Below, in pieces: positions 1-11,313 of a DNA stretch of 64,000 nucleotides. Below the pieces are notes generated by a model. It had not been told where the DNA came from. It saw nothing but the letters and a program-made list of their open reading frames with translations, and did no database searches. Source of the DNA: Bdellovibrionota bacterium (GTDB lineage Bacteria; Bdellovibrionota; UBA1018; UBA923); assembly GCA_040754655.1 (NCBI GenBank), contig JBFMCE010000004.1:1740-65739 (forward strand), read 5' to 3'. Made by a program: the position numbers and the translations under genes. The stretch's first letter is position 1. The number at the start of each line of letters is the position of its first letter.

Positions 1-2072
1 CCCGATACGCAGGCGACTCAAACGTTCGCGCTGCGCTTGGATCGGGTGCTTCTGCGGCACAGACCTTGGGCATTCCTGCGGAAGTTTTCAAAAAAACCGC
101 GCAAGATCTTTGGGAAAGACGCGGAAAGAGCATCGTCGTAGGCGGCGGTCAGTCTGCGAAAGGTCCTCATGCGCTTCAACTCGAAGTGCTGGTGAACCTG
201 CTCAATAGCGCTCTTGAAAATGAAGGTGTCACTGTCGATGGCACGACAAACCCTGCGCGAGATCGAAGTTCTTATCAAGACCTCGCGCAACTCATTGGGG
301 AGATGAAGTCGGGTCAAGTTGGAGTTCTCTTCATCCATCGTTCGAATCCGGTTTATTCACTTCCAAAATCAATGGGTTTTACGGAAGCTTTGGGTAAAGT
401 AGGGCTCGTCGTTTATTTTGGCGACAAGTTCGATGAGACGGCGCGAGTCTCAGATCATGTTTGCGCCACCCCACACTCTACCGAAGCTTGGGGAGATTCC
501 AGCCCCTACACCGGTGTGTATGCCATTCAACAACCCACGATTTCTCCGTTGTACAAGACCCGGGGATTTGAAGAGAGCCTGATGGTTTGGGCAAAACAAC
601 TCCACCTTTCGGGTGCGATTGCAGCGCAGCCAAACTGGCATGAGTATTTGAAGGCTTATTGGCGCGACACGGTTCATCGCCAGTCGGGAAGTGGCGCTCC
701 GTTTGATTTGTTCTGGGAAGAGGCCCTGCGTGAAGGCGTGGTTCTGACATCAGCTGCAAGAGCGCAAACCAGCAGGCCGCGTAGTTTCTCGGCGAACAGC
801 CTGGGTTTTGGTGGCACCGGCAAGGTGGCTTCAGTTCAAGGCACGACCTTGGCGCTCTATCCAAAAGTTTCGCAATACGATGGCCGAACCGCCAACAATG
901 GTTGGCTCCAAGAGATGCCTGATCCGGTCACCAAAGTGACTTGGGACAACTATGCGCTCGTTTCACCTGGCATGGCCAAGCAATTGAGCGTCAAAGAGGG
1001 TGACGTGGTTCGCCTCAAAACTCAGGCTGGCTCTATTGAGCTTCCAGTTTGGGTTCAACCCGGGATGCATGACCAGACTGTAGGTGCAGCTGTCGGATAC
1101 GGTAGAAAAGGCGTTGGAAGAGTAGGCGATGACATCGGCGTGAACGTGTTTCCGCTAGCTCAGGCTTCAGAGAAGGCGTTGGCGCTTTCAGGCCTGGCGG
1201 TGACGGTTGAAAAGACGGGGGCGACCTATTCTTTGGCTGCGACCCAGAAACACCATTCTTACGAGGGACGCCCGATTATTCGAGAGGCAAGCCTTAAAGA
1301 TTACCAAAAGAATGCTCATGCCGGCAATGAACACCATGAGCACCTGACGACCATTTGGCCAAAACACCAGTACCCTGGCTATCGATGGGGAATGGCGATT
1401 GACCTCAACTCTTGCACGGGTTGCAGTGCATGCGTGGTCGCGTGTCAGTCTGAAAACAATATCCCGGTGGTGGGCAAGAAGTTTGTTCTCACCAGCCGTG
1501 AGATGCACTGGCTGCGAATTGACCGGTATTATACTGGCAAGGTGGAAGCTCCTGAAGTGGTGCACCAACCCATGATTTGTCAGCATTGTGAGAATGCTCC
1601 GTGCGAAACTGTCTGCCCCGTGTTGGCGACGATGCATGACCACGAGGGGTTGAACCAACAGGTTTATAACCGCTGCGTGGGAACTCGTTATTGCGCGAAC
1701 AATTGTCCTTATAAAGTAAGAAGATTCAATTGGTTCACCTTTACGGATGTCGCGTCTCCACTCAATCTCGCGTACAATCCTGACATCACCGTGCGTACGC
1801 GCGGCGTGATGGAAAAATGCACATTCTGCGTGCAACGCATTCGCGATGCGAAAGACCATGCGAAAGACGTGGGCGGCAAGGTGAAGGATGGCGATCTGAA
1901 GACGGCTTGTCAGCAGACCTGCCCGACGGACGCGATCGTCTTCGGTGACATCAATGATCTGAATACCCGTGTCTCACAGATTGCTTCCGATCCACGGGGA
2001 TATCACGTGCTTGAAGAACTCAACGTTCGTCCATCGGTAACGTATCTGACGAAGATCAGGAACAACACATGA
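1..2072 (+). CDS. actB: Alternative Complex III subunit ActB (molybdopterin-oxidoreductase-like domain fused to a 4Fe-4S ferredoxin domain); 5' end lies outside the window
   Basis: The reading frame is open from nt 3 to the window edge; the listed TTG at 66 is not the true start. The C-terminal half has ferredoxin-type Cys clusters ([47 protein letters not shown]). The stop overlaps the next gene start (ATGA), and that gene is NrfD-like. Confidence 0.85.
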   Translation, partial: RYAGDSNVRAALGSGASAAQTLGIPAEVFKKTAQDLWERRGKSIVVGGGQSAKGPHALQLEVLVNLLNSALENEGVTVDGTTNPARDRSSYQDLAQLIGEMKSGQVGVLFIHRSNPVYSLPKSMGFTEALGKVGLVVYFGDKFDETARVSDHVCATPHSTEAWGDSSPYTGVYAIQQPTISPLYKTRGFEESLMVWAKQLHLSGAIAAQPNWHEYLKAYWRDTVHRQSGSGAPFDLFWEEALREGVVLTSAARAQTSRPRSFSANSLGFGGTGKVASVQGTTLALYPKVSQYDGRTANNGWLQEMPDPVTKVTWDNYALVSPGMAKQLSVKEGDVVRLKTQAGSIELPVWVQPGMHDQTVGAAVGYGRKGVGRVGDDIGVNVFPLAQASEKALALSGLAVTVEKTGATYSLAATQKHHSYEGRPIIREASLKDYQKNAHAGNEHHEHLTTIWPKHQYPGYRWGMAIDLNSCTGCSACVVACQSENNIPVVGKKFVLTSREMHWLRIDRYYTGKVEAPEVVHQPMICQHCENAPCETVCPVLATMHDHEGLNQQVYNRCVGTRYCANNCPYKVRRFNWFTFTDVASPLNLAYNPDITVRTRGVMEKCTFCVQRIRDAKDHAKDVGGKVKDGDLKTACQQTCPTDAIVFGDINDLNTRVSQIASDPRGYHVLEELNVRPSVTYLTKIRNNT

Positions 2073-3487
2073 GTACACCAGAGATCATCCTAAGAAATGC
2101 GGCCCAGCTGGTCAAAGAACCGCTGATCGATCCTAAGAAGAAGTATGCCGACGTCAATAATGATGTCTGCGCGCCACTCGAGCGACTTCCTAACTTCGCG
2201 TGGTGGAAGGCGTTCGGCATCGCAAACGTTTGCCTATTGATCGGCCTTACGGCAATGGGTCTCACCATCGGAACCGGTATCGGGCAGTGGGGTCTCAATC
2301 GAACCGTAGGCTGGGCCTTTGACATCACCAACTTCGTCTTCTGGATCGGCATCGGCCACGCAGGTACGTTGATTTCAGCGATCCTGTTCTTGTTCCGCCA
2401 AAAATGGCGAACGTCGATCAACCGTTCGGCCGAGGCGATGACGATTTTCGCGGTGATGACGGCGGGTTTGTTCCCGTTGATCCACGTGGGGCGTCAGTGG
2501 ATGGCTTTTTGGCTCTTTCCTTATCCCAATCAACGCGATCTCTGGGTGAACTTTCGAAGCCCACTGCTCTGGGATGTTTTCGCGGTTTCAACGTACTTTA
2601 CCATCTCTTTGGTGTTTTGGTACATCGGTCTCATCCCAGACATCGCTTCGGTGAGAGACCGTGCGAAAAATAAAATTCGAAAACTCATCTACGGCATTCT
2701 CTCATTGGGTTGGACGGGTTCTGCGCGCGCTTGGAACCATTACGAAACCGCGTACATGTTGCTGGCAGGTCTCTCAACACCGCTTGTTCTCTCGGTGCAC
2801 AGCATCGTTTCTTTTGACTTCGCAGTGTCGATTTTGCCAGGTTGGCATACGACGATCTTTCCACCTTACTTCGTCGCTGGCGCTATTTTTTCTGGCTTCG
2901 CGATGGTTGTGACCTTGCTCGTGATTGCACGAAAGGTTTTGGGGCTCGAGTCTTACATTCGCCTGGTTCATCTTGAAAACATGAACAAGATCATCATGCT
3001 CACGGGCATGATGGTGGGTTATGCGTATGCCACGGAGTTTTTCACTGCTTGGTACAGCGCAAACGAATACGAGCGTTTTGTTTTCATCAACCGGGCTTTC
3101 GGGCCATACGGTTGGTCGTACTGGACCATGGTCACCTGCAACGTGCTCATCCCGCAGCTGTTCTGGTTTAAGAAGATACGCAGGTCTCTCTCGATCATGT
3201 TTGTGATTTCGATCTTCGTGAATATCGGGATGTGGTTTGAGCGCTTTGTGATCATCGTGACCTCATTGCACCGGGACTTCCTGCCCTCGTCGTGGTCGAT
3301 GTACAAACCGTCGATCGTGGAAGTGGGCATTTTGATCGGAAGCTTTGGGATGTTCTTTACTCTGTTCTTGCTGTTCTGCAGGGTCTTGCCGACCATTGCG
3401 ATGTCAGAGGTGAAGGGCGTTATGCATGGCGAACAGCATGGCACAGGTGAAGCAGGTCATCACGCAAGCGGAGGCGCACATGGCTAA
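2069..3487 (+). CDS. actC: Alternative Complex III subunit ActC (NrfD/PsrC-like polytopic quinol-interacting membrane subunit)
   Basis: A 472-aa highly hydrophobic protein with many predicted TM helices and a NrfD-like sequence ([31 protein letters not shown]). It has an ATGA overlap with actB and sits in the canonical position of the act cluster. Confidence 0.85.
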   Translation: MSTPEIILRNAAQLVKEPLIDPKKKYADVNNDVCAPLERLPNFAWWKAFGIANVCLLIGLTAMGLTIGTGIGQWGLNRTVGWAFDITNFVFWIGIGHAGTLISAILFLFRQKWRTSINRSAEAMTIFAVMTAGLFPLIHVGRQWMAFWLFPYPNQRDLWVNFRSPLLWDVFAVSTYFTISLVFWYIGLIPDIASVRDRAKNKIRKLIYGILSLGWTGSARAWNHYETAYMLLAGLSTPLVLSVHSIVSFDFAVSILPGWHTTIFPPYFVAGAIFSGFAMVVTLLVIARKVLGLESYIRLVHLENMNKIIMLTGMMVGYAYATEFFTAWYSANEYERFVFINRAFGPYGWSYWTMVTCNVLIPQLFWFKKIRRSLSIMFVISIFVNIGMWFERFVIIVTSLHRDFLPSSWSMYKPSIVEVGILIGSFGMFFTLFLLFCRVLPTIAMSEVKGVMHGEQHGTGEAGHHASGGAHG

Positions 3488-3998
3488 GAAACCTCTAAAG
3501 GGTGTCGTAGGAATTTTTAGCGAGCCCGAGTCGCTAAAGAGAGCTGCCGCGCAGATTCGCGACAAGCAGGTGAAGGAATTCGATGCGTTCACTCCTTTTC
3601 CGGTGCATGGCATCGAAGAAGCCATGGGCTTGAAGAGATCTTTCTTGCCTTGGGTCACGTTTATCTCGGGCTTAATAGGTTGTGCGGCAGGGCTTGGGCT
3701 TCAGATTTGGACTTCGGCTGTGGATTGGCCCTTGAATGTCGGCGGCAAACCCTTTGTTTCGCTGCCTGCGTTCATTCCGATCACGTTTGAATGCACGGTT
3801 TTGTTTGCGGGGCTTGCAACGGCTGGCGCATTGATCGCTGTTTGCAAGCTGCCCAATATGAACCCTGACATTCTTCATCCCGACCTGACAAATGACAAGT
3901 TCGCCTTGTTTGTGTCGGCGGAAGATCCTAGTTACCGCGAAACAGAATTTAGCGATCTTTTAAAAAGAGCGGGAGCAATCGATGTTCGCACTCTTTAA
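3480..3998 (+). CDS. actD: Alternative Complex III subunit ActD (DUF3341-type membrane subunit)
   Basis: I chose the in-frame ATG at 3480 ([13 protein letters not shown]...), which overlaps the actC stop by 8 nt. The protein has a soluble N-terminal part followed by two hydrophobic helices. Its position between actC and the monoheme actE supports the call. Confidence 0.7.
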   Translation: MAKKPLKGVVGIFSEPESLKRAAAQIRDKQVKEFDAFTPFPVHGIEEAMGLKRSFLPWVTFISGLIGCAAGLGLQIWTSAVDWPLNVGGKPFVSLPAFIPITFECTVLFAGLATAGALIAVCKLPNMNPDILHPDLTNDKFALFVSAEDPSYRETEFSDLLKRAGAIDVRTL

Positions 3999-4035
3999 GC
4001 ATAAAGCTCGATCACCCTTTGGTCATGGATTCACA

Positions 4036-4611
4036 ATGAGAAACACCACTGTTGTTTTGCTTTCGGCTGTGGCGCTCACGGGTTGCTTCGGCGACAATAA
4101 AAAGCCTACCTACGAGTTCATGCCGCATATGATGGACACGCCTGCAGTAAAGGCGCAGCGCCCTGGCCCCTTTGGGGAAGGAATGAGGGTGCCCCCTCAA
4201 GGGACGATTTCCCAAGAGGCTGAACCTTATCGTTTTGCTAAAGATCCCGAAGGCGCGGGAAGATCTTTGAAAAACCCATTGCCGCGCACGATGGTGAACC
4301 TTGAAATGGGCAAAAAGCTCTACAATACCTATTGCATCGTCTGCCACGGTGACAAAGGAGAGGGCAATGGCTCGATCGTCCCGAAGTTTCCGCAGCCGCC
4401 TTCATTGCATTCCGACAAAGTGCGTGACTGGACCGATGGAAGGCTCTTCCACGTGATCACGATGGGGCAAAACCTCATGCCGAGTTATGCCTCGCAGGCA
4501 GAGCCCAAGGAACGCTGGGCGATCATTCATTATGTTCGAGTTTTGCAACGTGCTTTGAATCCTTCGCAGTCTGATCTCTCAGCACACGAAAAGGCAAAGA
4601 CGGGGAAATAG
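4036..4611 (+). CDS. actE: Alternative Complex III subunit ActE (monoheme cytochrome c lipoprotein)
   Basis: The internal start at 4036 gives a lipoprotein-type signal (MRNTTVVLLSAVALTGC). There is a single CxxCH heme motif (CIVCHG). The alternative start at 3982 cannot be excluded. Confidence 0.75.
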   Translation: MRNTTVVLLSAVALTGCFGDNKKPTYEFMPHMMDTPAVKAQRPGPFGEGMRVPPQGTISQEAEPYRFAKDPEGAGRSLKNPLPRTMVNLEMGKKLYNTYCIVCHGDKGEGNGSIVPKFPQPPSLHSDKVRDWTDGRLFHVITMGQNLMPSYASQAEPKERWAIIHYVRVLQRALNPSQSDLSAHEKAKTGK

Positions 4612-4615
4612 AACT

Positions 4616-5818
4616 ATGACACATCACACACACACACTTGAAGTTAAGAACCCCGGTCCATACCGTTTCTCGTCGACGCTCAAGATGGTGTTCGGAATCT
4701 GCGCGCTCGTAGGGATCGCAAGCATCGTGGCGGGACTTGCAACGGCTCCGGAACGAGCCTGGCCAAATTTCCTGCTGAATTATTTTTATTTCCTGCTGTT
4801 GGGTCTTTCGGGTGCTTTTTTCGTTGCCTTGCAACACATCACTAATGCTTATTGGAGCGTTACGGTGAGGCGTCTTGCTGAAGGATTAACCGCTTACCTG
4901 CCGGTGGCGTTCGTTCTTGGGTTGGTTTTGTTGTTTGGGCTTCACAACCTTTATGAATGGACCCACCATGACGTGGTGGTGAAAGACCGCATTTTAAGCC
5001 AGAAGATGGGATACCTGAATACCACCTTCTTCGCGATTCGCTTGGTTGGCGCTTTTGCGATCTGGATTTTGTTTACGCTGCTGATGAGGCGAAATTCTTT
5101 GGCGCAAGACAGCTCGGGCGATCACAAGTTCACGCTTTCGAATATCAAGCTTTCCGCCGTGTTTTTGCCTCTGTTCGGGCTCTCTTTCACCATGATGAGT
5201 TTTGATCTTGTGATGTCGCTAGAGCCGCATTGGTTCAGCACGATCTTTGGCATCTATTGCTTCTCAGGGTTGTTCTTCAGCGGTCTTTCCCTTTTATCGC
5301 TGCTGGTGATTTACGGCAGGAAACAGGGCGTGTTCGCCAATAACCTCGTCAACGAGAACCATTTGCATGACATCGGGAAGCTGATGTTCGGATTCACGGT
5401 GTTTTGGGCTTATATCGGGTTCTCTCAACTGATGTTGCAGTGGTATGCCAACCTTCCCGAAGAGACGTCGTATTACATCCGCCGTTTTCACGGGGGCTGG
5501 TGGCCTTTCTCGATCTTCTTGTTCGTGATCCACTTCGTGGTGCCTTTTTTCGGGCTGCTGCCGCGGGAGGCGAAACGTTGCGAGTCGTATCTGAAAGCTA
5601 TGGCCGTCTTGATGCTCGTTGCGCAGTGGTTTGATGCTTATTATCTCGTGATGCCTGTTTTCTTTAAAGAAGGGCCGGTGTTTGGCTGGATTGAAGTGGG
5701 CACCTTCTTAGGATTCTTGGGTGTTTTCGCGATTACTGTGGGAAGGTTTTTAGAGAAAGTACCCGCGGTACCCGTGAAAGATCCAAGGCTTGTACAGTGC
5801 GTTGCGCATTCTCAGTAA
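4616..5818 (+). CDS. actF: Alternative Complex III subunit ActF (second NrfD-like membrane subunit)
   Basis: A 400-aa polytopic membrane protein immediately after actE with a 4-nt spacer. This is the order typical of act clusters. Confidence 0.75.
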   Translation: MTHHTHTLEVKNPGPYRFSSTLKMVFGICALVGIASIVAGLATAPERAWPNFLLNYFYFLLLGLSGAFFVALQHITNAYWSVTVRRLAEGLTAYLPVAFVLGLVLLFGLHNLYEWTHHDVVVKDRILSQKMGYLNTTFFAIRLVGAFAIWILFTLLMRRNSLAQDSSGDHKFTLSNIKLSAVFLPLFGLSFTMMSFDLVMSLEPHWFSTIFGIYCFSGLFFSGLSLLSLLVIYGRKQGVFANNLVNENHLHDIGKLMFGFTVFWAYIGFSQLMLQWYANLPEETSYYIRRFHGGWWPFSIFLFVIHFVVPFFGLLPREAKRCESYLKAMAVLMLVAQWFDAYYLVMPVFFKEGPVFGWIEVGTFLGFLGVFAITVGRFLEKVPAVPVKDPRLVQCVAHSQ

Positions 5819-5834
5819 GAGGTTTTGTTAAGAA

Positions 5835-6770
5835 ATGAGTTCGTCCTCAAGCGTTCAAACATCAATGGCTGCCTGGACAGGATCTGGTGCTCTCGCACGC
5901 AAGTGGCTTTTCTGGGCTGCAGCCGCGCTGACAGCTCTTGTTTTTGCCCTGATCTCATTGGGCGGACTTGTTCGAAATGAAGGGGCGGGTCTTGCGTGCC
6001 CAGATTGGCCTCTGTGTTTTGGGCAGGTCGTTCCTCCAATGGATTACCAAGTTTTCTTGGAGTGGTTCCATCGTTTGATCGCTGGAACCGTGAGCGTATT
6101 TTTACTGGCTCTTTCGACCGTGGTGTTTTTCATCCCGCAATTGAGGTCAAAGGTTTGGAAGTTTTGCGCATTTGCTTTGAGCTTGTTGGCCGCTCAAGTG
6201 GTGCTTGGGGGAATGACGGTTTTGGGCTTGCTTGATCCGAAATGGGTCTCTTCTCATCTTGCGGTGGGGTTGGCTTTTTTTGGGACGATTTTGTGGCTGA
6301 CCTTGCGCCTGGGTGAAGGGGCAGAGCAAAAGACGCGCCCTCTTGTTTCTACTCGTCTTCGCAATTTCGGTGTTTTCACGACTACTGTTTTGTATGCGCA
6401 GATCTTGCTTGGCGGCCTGGTGAGTTCGAACTTCGCGGGTTTGGCTTGCGCTGGGTTCCCGACCTGCAATGGAGAGTGGCTACCCCCGTTGGAAGGCCTA
6501 GTTGGTTTTCAAGTGGTGCACCGTATTGGCGCGCTGGTGACCACGCTTCTTGTTTTAGGGTTTTCGTTTGCTTTGTGGAGAGCCGCAACCTCTGCGAGAA
6601 CGAAGTTTGTTTCGATCGCACTACCGCTTTTGGTGGTGACGCAAGTGATCTTGGGGGCCAGCAGTGTGCTTTTCGGGTTGCCGCTTTTGGTGAGTGTGGC
6701 CCATTTATCCACTGCAACGGCACTACTAGGGGCTTTATTGGTGAGTTTATATGAACTTAAGTACGCTTAG
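5835..6770 (+). CDS. ctaA: Heme A synthase (COX15/CtaA family)
   Basis: An eight-TM-like profile with two paired-Cys loops (CPDWPLC and CAGFPTC) and conserved His residues (WFHRL, VHRIGA), as expected for CtaA. Confidence 0.8.
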   Translation: MSSSSSVQTSMAAWTGSGALARKWLFWAAAALTALVFALISLGGLVRNEGAGLACPDWPLCFGQVVPPMDYQVFLEWFHRLIAGTVSVFLLALSTVVFFIPQLRSKVWKFCAFALSLLAAQVVLGGMTVLGLLDPKWVSSHLAVGLAFFGTILWLTLRLGEGAEQKTRPLVSTRLRNFGVFTTTVLYAQILLGGLVSSNFAGLACAGFPTCNGEWLPPLEGLVGFQVVHRIGALVTTLLVLGFSFALWRAATSARTKFVSIALPLLVVTQVILGASSVLFGLPLLVSVAHLSTATALLGALLVSLYELKYA

Positions 6771-7695
6771 AGCGACGGCGCAGACTGTTTCGCTCGAGGG
6801 ATCAGTCCCATCGAGTTCTATCTTCGCCAAGATCGCAGATTATGTTCAGCTGACAAAACCTCGCATTGTCTTGTTGTTTGCTTTGACGGGGCTTGCCGCG
6901 ATTGTCATGGAAGGCTCATTGCGAGCCGAGCCGTTGAAGCTTTGGGCGATCGTCTTAGGAATCGTCCTTACCGCAGGTTCAGCGAATGCGTTGAACCAAT
7001 ACATCGATCGCGACATTGACGCCGTGATGGAGCGTACGCGGAAAAAACGACCGCTTCCGGCCGGACGATTGAGTCCGCAGAGCGCCCTATTTTTTGGGTT
7101 GGCTACAGGCACCATCGCAACGGCTCTTCTCTACGGCTTTGGTAACCTTCTTACTGCGGCACTCGGCGTGGGCACCATTTTGTTTTATGTGGGTATCTAT
7201 ACTCTTTGGCTCAAGAGGCGCACTCCGTACAATATTGTGATCGGTGGAGCTGCGGGCGCGACCGCGCCTCTAATCGGATGGGCTGCAGCAACTGGACATC
7301 TGTCAGTGGGTGCGCTGGTAATGTTTCTGATCGTTTTTGTTTGGACACCACCCCACTTCTGGGCTTTGGCTCTTTGCGTGAAAGAAGAGTACGCTCAAGT
7401 TTCGGTACCCATGCTCCCTGTCGTGGCTGGCGAAGAAGCCACGCGCAGGCAGATTTTGGCATACAGTGTTGCACTCATCCCTTTGACGCTTGTCTTGGGG
7501 CTCACGAAAGATTGCGGCTGGGTTTATATCGTTTCGGCTGCTCTGTTGGGCGCGGGATTTCTTTTTAAAGCTTGGAACGTGCTAAAGAAAAAAGACACCC
7601 AGTCTTCATGGCGACTCTTTGGGTACTCGATCGTGTATCTGCTCGCACTTTATACCGTGATGATCATCGACGCGTTGGTGGGGCTTAAACCATGA
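6751..7695 (+). CDS. ctaB: Protoheme IX farnesyltransferase (heme O synthase)
   Basis: UbiA-family motif NQYIDRDIDAVMERTRKKRPLP plus WTPPHFWALA. It overlaps ctaA by 20 nt and overlaps the next gene with ATGA. Confidence 0.9.
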   Translation: MNLSTLRATAQTVSLEGSVPSSSIFAKIADYVQLTKPRIVLLFALTGLAAIVMEGSLRAEPLKLWAIVLGIVLTAGSANALNQYIDRDIDAVMERTRKKRPLPAGRLSPQSALFFGLATGTIATALLYGFGNLLTAALGVGTILFYVGIYTLWLKRRTPYNIVIGGAAGATAPLIGWAAATGHLSVGALVMFLIVFVWTPPHFWALALCVKEEYAQVSVPMLPVVAGEEATRRQILAYSVALIPLTLVLGLTKDCGWVYIVSAALLGAGFLFKAWNVLKKKDTQSSWRLFGYSIVYLLALYTVMIIDALVGLKP

Positions 7696-8570
7696 TTACG
7701 AACGAAATTAAGAGAAGAATCCAAAAGGTCTCTGAACGTTACTTCCTAGGAGGACTTGTTCTTTTCATGGTGGGAATCGCCACCGCGGTCAGCTTGTTTG
7801 CCGCTGAAAAGCTTCCGCAAGAACTTGAGAACGTTGGCATTGAGGAAAGACTGGGCGCCCAGGTCGATTTGAACCTCACTTTTCGAAATGAAAAGGGTGA
7901 GCTTGTTCCGCTACGCTCAGTGGTGAATGGCCGCAAGCCTGTGCTTCTTTTTTTGGCCTATTACGGATGCCCAAACCTTTGCAACCTGTTCCTCAACGGG
8001 GCAACGGAGTCTTTGAAGAACTTGGCTTGGACCGCGGGGAACGAGTTTCAGATCGTGACGGTTAGCATTGATCCTAGAGAAACGCCTGAGCTTGCCTCTA
8101 AGAAGAAACTCTCACACCTTAAGGCGCTAGGAAAACCGGAGGCAGCGACGGGTTGGCACTTCTGGGTTTCAGATGTTCAAGGTGACGCAGAGGCTATTAC
8201 CAATGCCAAGCGCCTTTCTGATCAGGTTGGCTTCAAATATCGCTACGACAAAGATCAAGATCAGTACGCGCATTCGGCTGCGATGATCGTTTTGACCCCG
8301 GAAGGAAAGATTTCGCGTTATCTCTTTGGAATAGAATTCCAACCCAAAGACTTAAGGCTTGCGTTGGTCGAAGCCGGCGGACGCAAGATCGGAACGCTGA
8401 TCGATCACATTTTATTGTTTTGTTATAACTATGACCCAAAGACCAAGAAGTATTCTCTTTACGCGACCAACCTGATGCGGGCGGGTGGTGGCGTGACGGT
8501 CTTAGCCGTGGGGAGCTCACTGGCCTTGGTTTGGCGCCGGAATCGGCGAAAGGGAAATGGTAAAAGTTAA
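7692..8570 (+). CDS. SCO1/SenC family copper chaperone for CuA assembly
   Basis: An N-terminal TM anchor, a thioredoxin-like fold with the CxxxC motif YYGCPNLCN, and a downstream conserved His (YAHSAAM). It lies directly upstream of oxidase subunit II. Confidence 0.8.
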   Translation: MITNEIKRRIQKVSERYFLGGLVLFMVGIATAVSLFAAEKLPQELENVGIEERLGAQVDLNLTFRNEKGELVPLRSVVNGRKPVLLFLAYYGCPNLCNLFLNGATESLKNLAWTAGNEFQIVTVSIDPRETPELASKKKLSHLKALGKPEAATGWHFWVSDVQGDAEAITNAKRLSDQVGFKYRYDKDQDQYAHSAAMIVLTPEGKISRYLFGIEFQPKDLRLALVEAGGRKIGTLIDHILLFCYNYDPKTKKYSLYATNLMRAGGGVTVLAVGSSLALVWRRNRRKGNGKS

Positions 8571-8649
8571 AGTGAAGAATAAATACTGGGTGTACTTCAG
8601 CCGAAGTGAACTTTTCGGTTCGGTTGAGTAGACGGGAGGAAGATCCAAC

Positions 8650-9666
8650 ATGTTCTGGCACAAAGCCTACGCGGGCACGATATCCCTTCCACAGGCTGCG
8701 ACGAACGCCGTTCGCATCGACGCGCTTCATGATTTCTTGTGGTGGATGAGCGTTTTCTTTTTAGCGCTGATCACATTCGCGACCCTCTACTTCGCCTGGA
8801 AATACCATCGAAGTAAGAAAGGGCGCGAAACAGCCTACATCTTGGGAAGCCACACGCTCGAGGCCATTTGGACGATCATTCCTTTGATTTTGATGCTGGT
8901 TATTTTTGCTTGGGGTTATCGTGATTACCTCTGGCTAAGGACAGAGCCCCAGAACCCAGTTGAGATCAACGTGATTGGCCGTCAATGGCTATGGAACTTT
9001 GAGTATCCGAATGGCCGGAAGACGATGAACGAGGTCTACGTGCCCAAAGGAAAAGCGGTCAAGATGATCATGACCTCGGAAGACGTGCTGCACAGCTTTT
9101 ACGTCCCGAACTTCAGACTCAAACAAGACGTTGTTCCAGGAATGTACACTTACATCGCATTTGAGGCGACTCTCACGGGTGAACACCCGGTGTACTGCGC
9201 CGAATACTGCGGAACGAGCCACTCCGACATGCTGGCGAAGCTTTTTGTGCTTGAGCCCAAAGATTATGACGAGTGGCTTGAGACCGGCAAACTCTCCGCT
9301 GCGGCAAAAAACTATATCGGTGCGGCGGCAAAGGGCAAACCTGATCAGCCGAAAGGTTCCGCTGCTCCGACCCAGTCGCTTGCCGATCGCGGAAAGGAAC
9401 TTTTCAACAGCAAGGGGTGTTTTGCTTGCCACACCGCAGACGGTACGCCCAAGGTCGGTCCAACGTTGAAGGGTGTTTTTGGAAAAACGGAAGAGCTTGC
9501 TGATGGTTCAACCGTGAAGATTGACGAAAATTACATTCGCGAATCTTTGATGGAGCCTCAAAAACGGATCACGAAGGGATTTCCCCCCTCGATGCCGCCT
9601 TTCAAGGGCTTGCTCTCGGATGAAGAAGTGAATGCTTTAATTGCCTATATCAAGAGTTTGAAATAG
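8650..9666 (+). CDS. ctaC: Cytochrome c oxidase subunit II with a C-terminal cytochrome c domain (caa3 type)
   Basis: CuA ligand motifs HSFYVPNF and CAEYCGTSHSDM, with a C-terminal CFACH heme c motif. Confidence 0.9.
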   Translation: MFWHKAYAGTISLPQAATNAVRIDALHDFLWWMSVFFLALITFATLYFAWKYHRSKKGRETAYILGSHTLEAIWTIIPLILMLVIFAWGYRDYLWLRTEPQNPVEINVIGRQWLWNFEYPNGRKTMNEVYVPKGKAVKMIMTSEDVLHSFYVPNFRLKQDVVPGMYTYIAFEATLTGEHPVYCAEYCGTSHSDMLAKLFVLEPKDYDEWLETGKLSAAAKNYIGAAAKGKPDQPKGSAAPTQSLADRGKELFNSKGCFACHTADGTPKVGPTLKGVFGKTEELADGSTVKIDENYIRESLMEPQKRITKGFPPSMPPFKGLLSDEEVNALIAYIKSLK

Positions 9667-9693
9667 CGCACGCGCTATATAAGGAGCTGACGA

Positions 9694-11310
9694 ATGGCGA
9701 CGACACACGAAGCCGCGCATGGAAATCATGCAAACTACCTCAATGAGTCCAAAGGAATTTGGTCATGGATGGTGACCCTGGATCACAAGCGCATCGGGGT
9801 GATGTATCTCTGGACCACCATGATCTTTTTCACCATTGCGGGGTTTCTGGCGCTTGCGTTGAGGCTTGAGCACTGGGGACCAACACAGAACATCATGGGC
9901 GCGGATACCTACAACAAGGTATTCACCTTGCATGGCGCGATCATGGTGTTCATGTTCATTATTCCAAGCATTCCGGCGGCTCTAGGAAACTTTCTTCTGC
10001 CTTTGATGTTGGGAACGAAAGATGTCGCGTTTCCAAGGCTGAACCTTGCGAGTTATTACGTGTTCTTGGTCGGGGCGGCGATGACCGTGGGCGCGATCCT
10101 GTTTGGAAATAGCGTCGACACAGGCTGGACTTTTTACACCCCTTACAGCATCAAGAGTGGCTCGAGTGTGGTCTTGGTTGTAATGGGCGTTTTCGTCATG
10201 GGGTTTTCGTCGATCTTCACGGGCTTGAATTTCATCGCTACCATTCACAAACTCAGAGCTCCGGGAATGACCTTCCATCGCATGCCGCTTTTCATCTGGG
10301 CGACCTATGCCACCAGTATTTTGCAGGTTTTGGCGACACCTGTAATTGGCATCACGATGTTTCTTTTGATGATGGAGCGCGTGCTTCATGTCGGTATCTT
10401 TGACCCGAAACTGGGTGGCGATCCGGTGCTCTTTCAGCATTTTTTCTGGTTCTATTCGCATCCTGCAGTTTACATCATGATTTTGCCGGGGATGGGTATT
10501 GTCTCGGAAATCATCGCGACCTTTTCAAGGAAGCCCATCTTTGGGTATCGCGCGATCGCTTACTCAAGCCTTGCGATCGCTGGCATCAGCTTTCTGGTCT
10601 GGGGCCATCACATGTTCACGAGCGGTCAGTCTGACTTTTCAAACTTTCTGTTCTCACTTTTGACGGTTTTGGTCGCCGTGCCGACCGCCATCAAGATCTT
10701 CAACTGGACTGCGACCTTGTACAAAGGTTCGATCAAGCTCGATGTGCCGATGCTATATGCTCTCTCGTTCATCTTTTTGTTCACGATTGGCGGTTTGACG
10801 GGTCTTTTCCTTGCGGCACTTTCAGTAGATGTCCACTTGCATGACACTTATTTCGTGGTGGCTCATTTTCACTATGTGATGATGGGAGGGACAGTGATTG
10901 CTCTCTTGGGTGGTCTGCACTACTGGTGGCCCAAGATGTTTGGCCGCATGTACCCGGAGTCGATCGGAAGGGTGGGATGGGCTTGCGTCTTTTTTGGCTT
11001 CAACCTTTTGTTCTTGCCGCAGTTCTGGATGGGAAGCCATGGGATGCCGCGGCGTTATTACAATTATCCGGCTGAGTTCACGTTGTCGCATCAAATCTCG
11101 ACAGTGGGTTCGTGGCTTGTGGCTCTTGGATTCTTGATTCACTTTGCGAGCCTGCTCTGGGCGTCAAAGTATGGCAAGAAGGCCTCTGAGAATCCGTGGG
11201 GAGCGAAGACGCTAGAGTGGACAGTGGAATCACCGCCCACCTTGCATAATTTTCATACGATGCCGACGGTCAATTCGTTTCCATACGAATATAAACCTGA
11301 GAAAGTTTGA
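9694..11310 (+). CDS. ctaD: Cytochrome c oxidase subunit I
   Basis: Heme-copper oxidase signatures [26 protein letters not shown] and GMPRRY. The protein is 538 aa and polytopic. Confidence 0.95.
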   Translation: MATTHEAAHGNHANYLNESKGIWSWMVTLDHKRIGVMYLWTTMIFFTIAGFLALALRLEHWGPTQNIMGADTYNKVFTLHGAIMVFMFIIPSIPAALGNFLLPLMLGTKDVAFPRLNLASYYVFLVGAAMTVGAILFGNSVDTGWTFYTPYSIKSGSSVVLVVMGVFVMGFSSIFTGLNFIATIHKLRAPGMTFHRMPLFIWATYATSILQVLATPVIGITMFLLMMERVLHVGIFDPKLGGDPVLFQHFFWFYSHPAVYIMILPGMGIVSEIIATFSRKPIFGYRAIAYSSLAIAGISFLVWGHHMFTSGQSDFSNFLFSLLTVLVAVPTAIKIFNWTATLYKGSIKLDVPMLYALSFIFLFTIGGLTGLFLAALSVDVHLHDTYFVVAHFHYVMMGGTVIALLGGLHYWWPKMFGRMYPESIGRVGWACVFFGFNLLFLPQFWMGSHGMPRRYYNYPAEFTLSHQISTVGSWLVALGFLIHFASLLWASKYGKKASENPWGAKTLEWTVESPPTLHNFHTMPTVNSFPYEYKPEKV

Positions 11311-11313
11311 GGG

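Noticed and set aside
1188-1859. 223-aa minus-strand ORF
   Set aside because: It is antisense to the ferredoxin domain of actB, and the plus frame has the Cys-cluster motifs.
2404-3206. Several 60-90-aa ORFs in alternative frames within actC (2404-2673, 2661-2912, 3021-3206)
   Set aside because: They are off-frame ORFs inside a confidently assigned membrane-protein gene.
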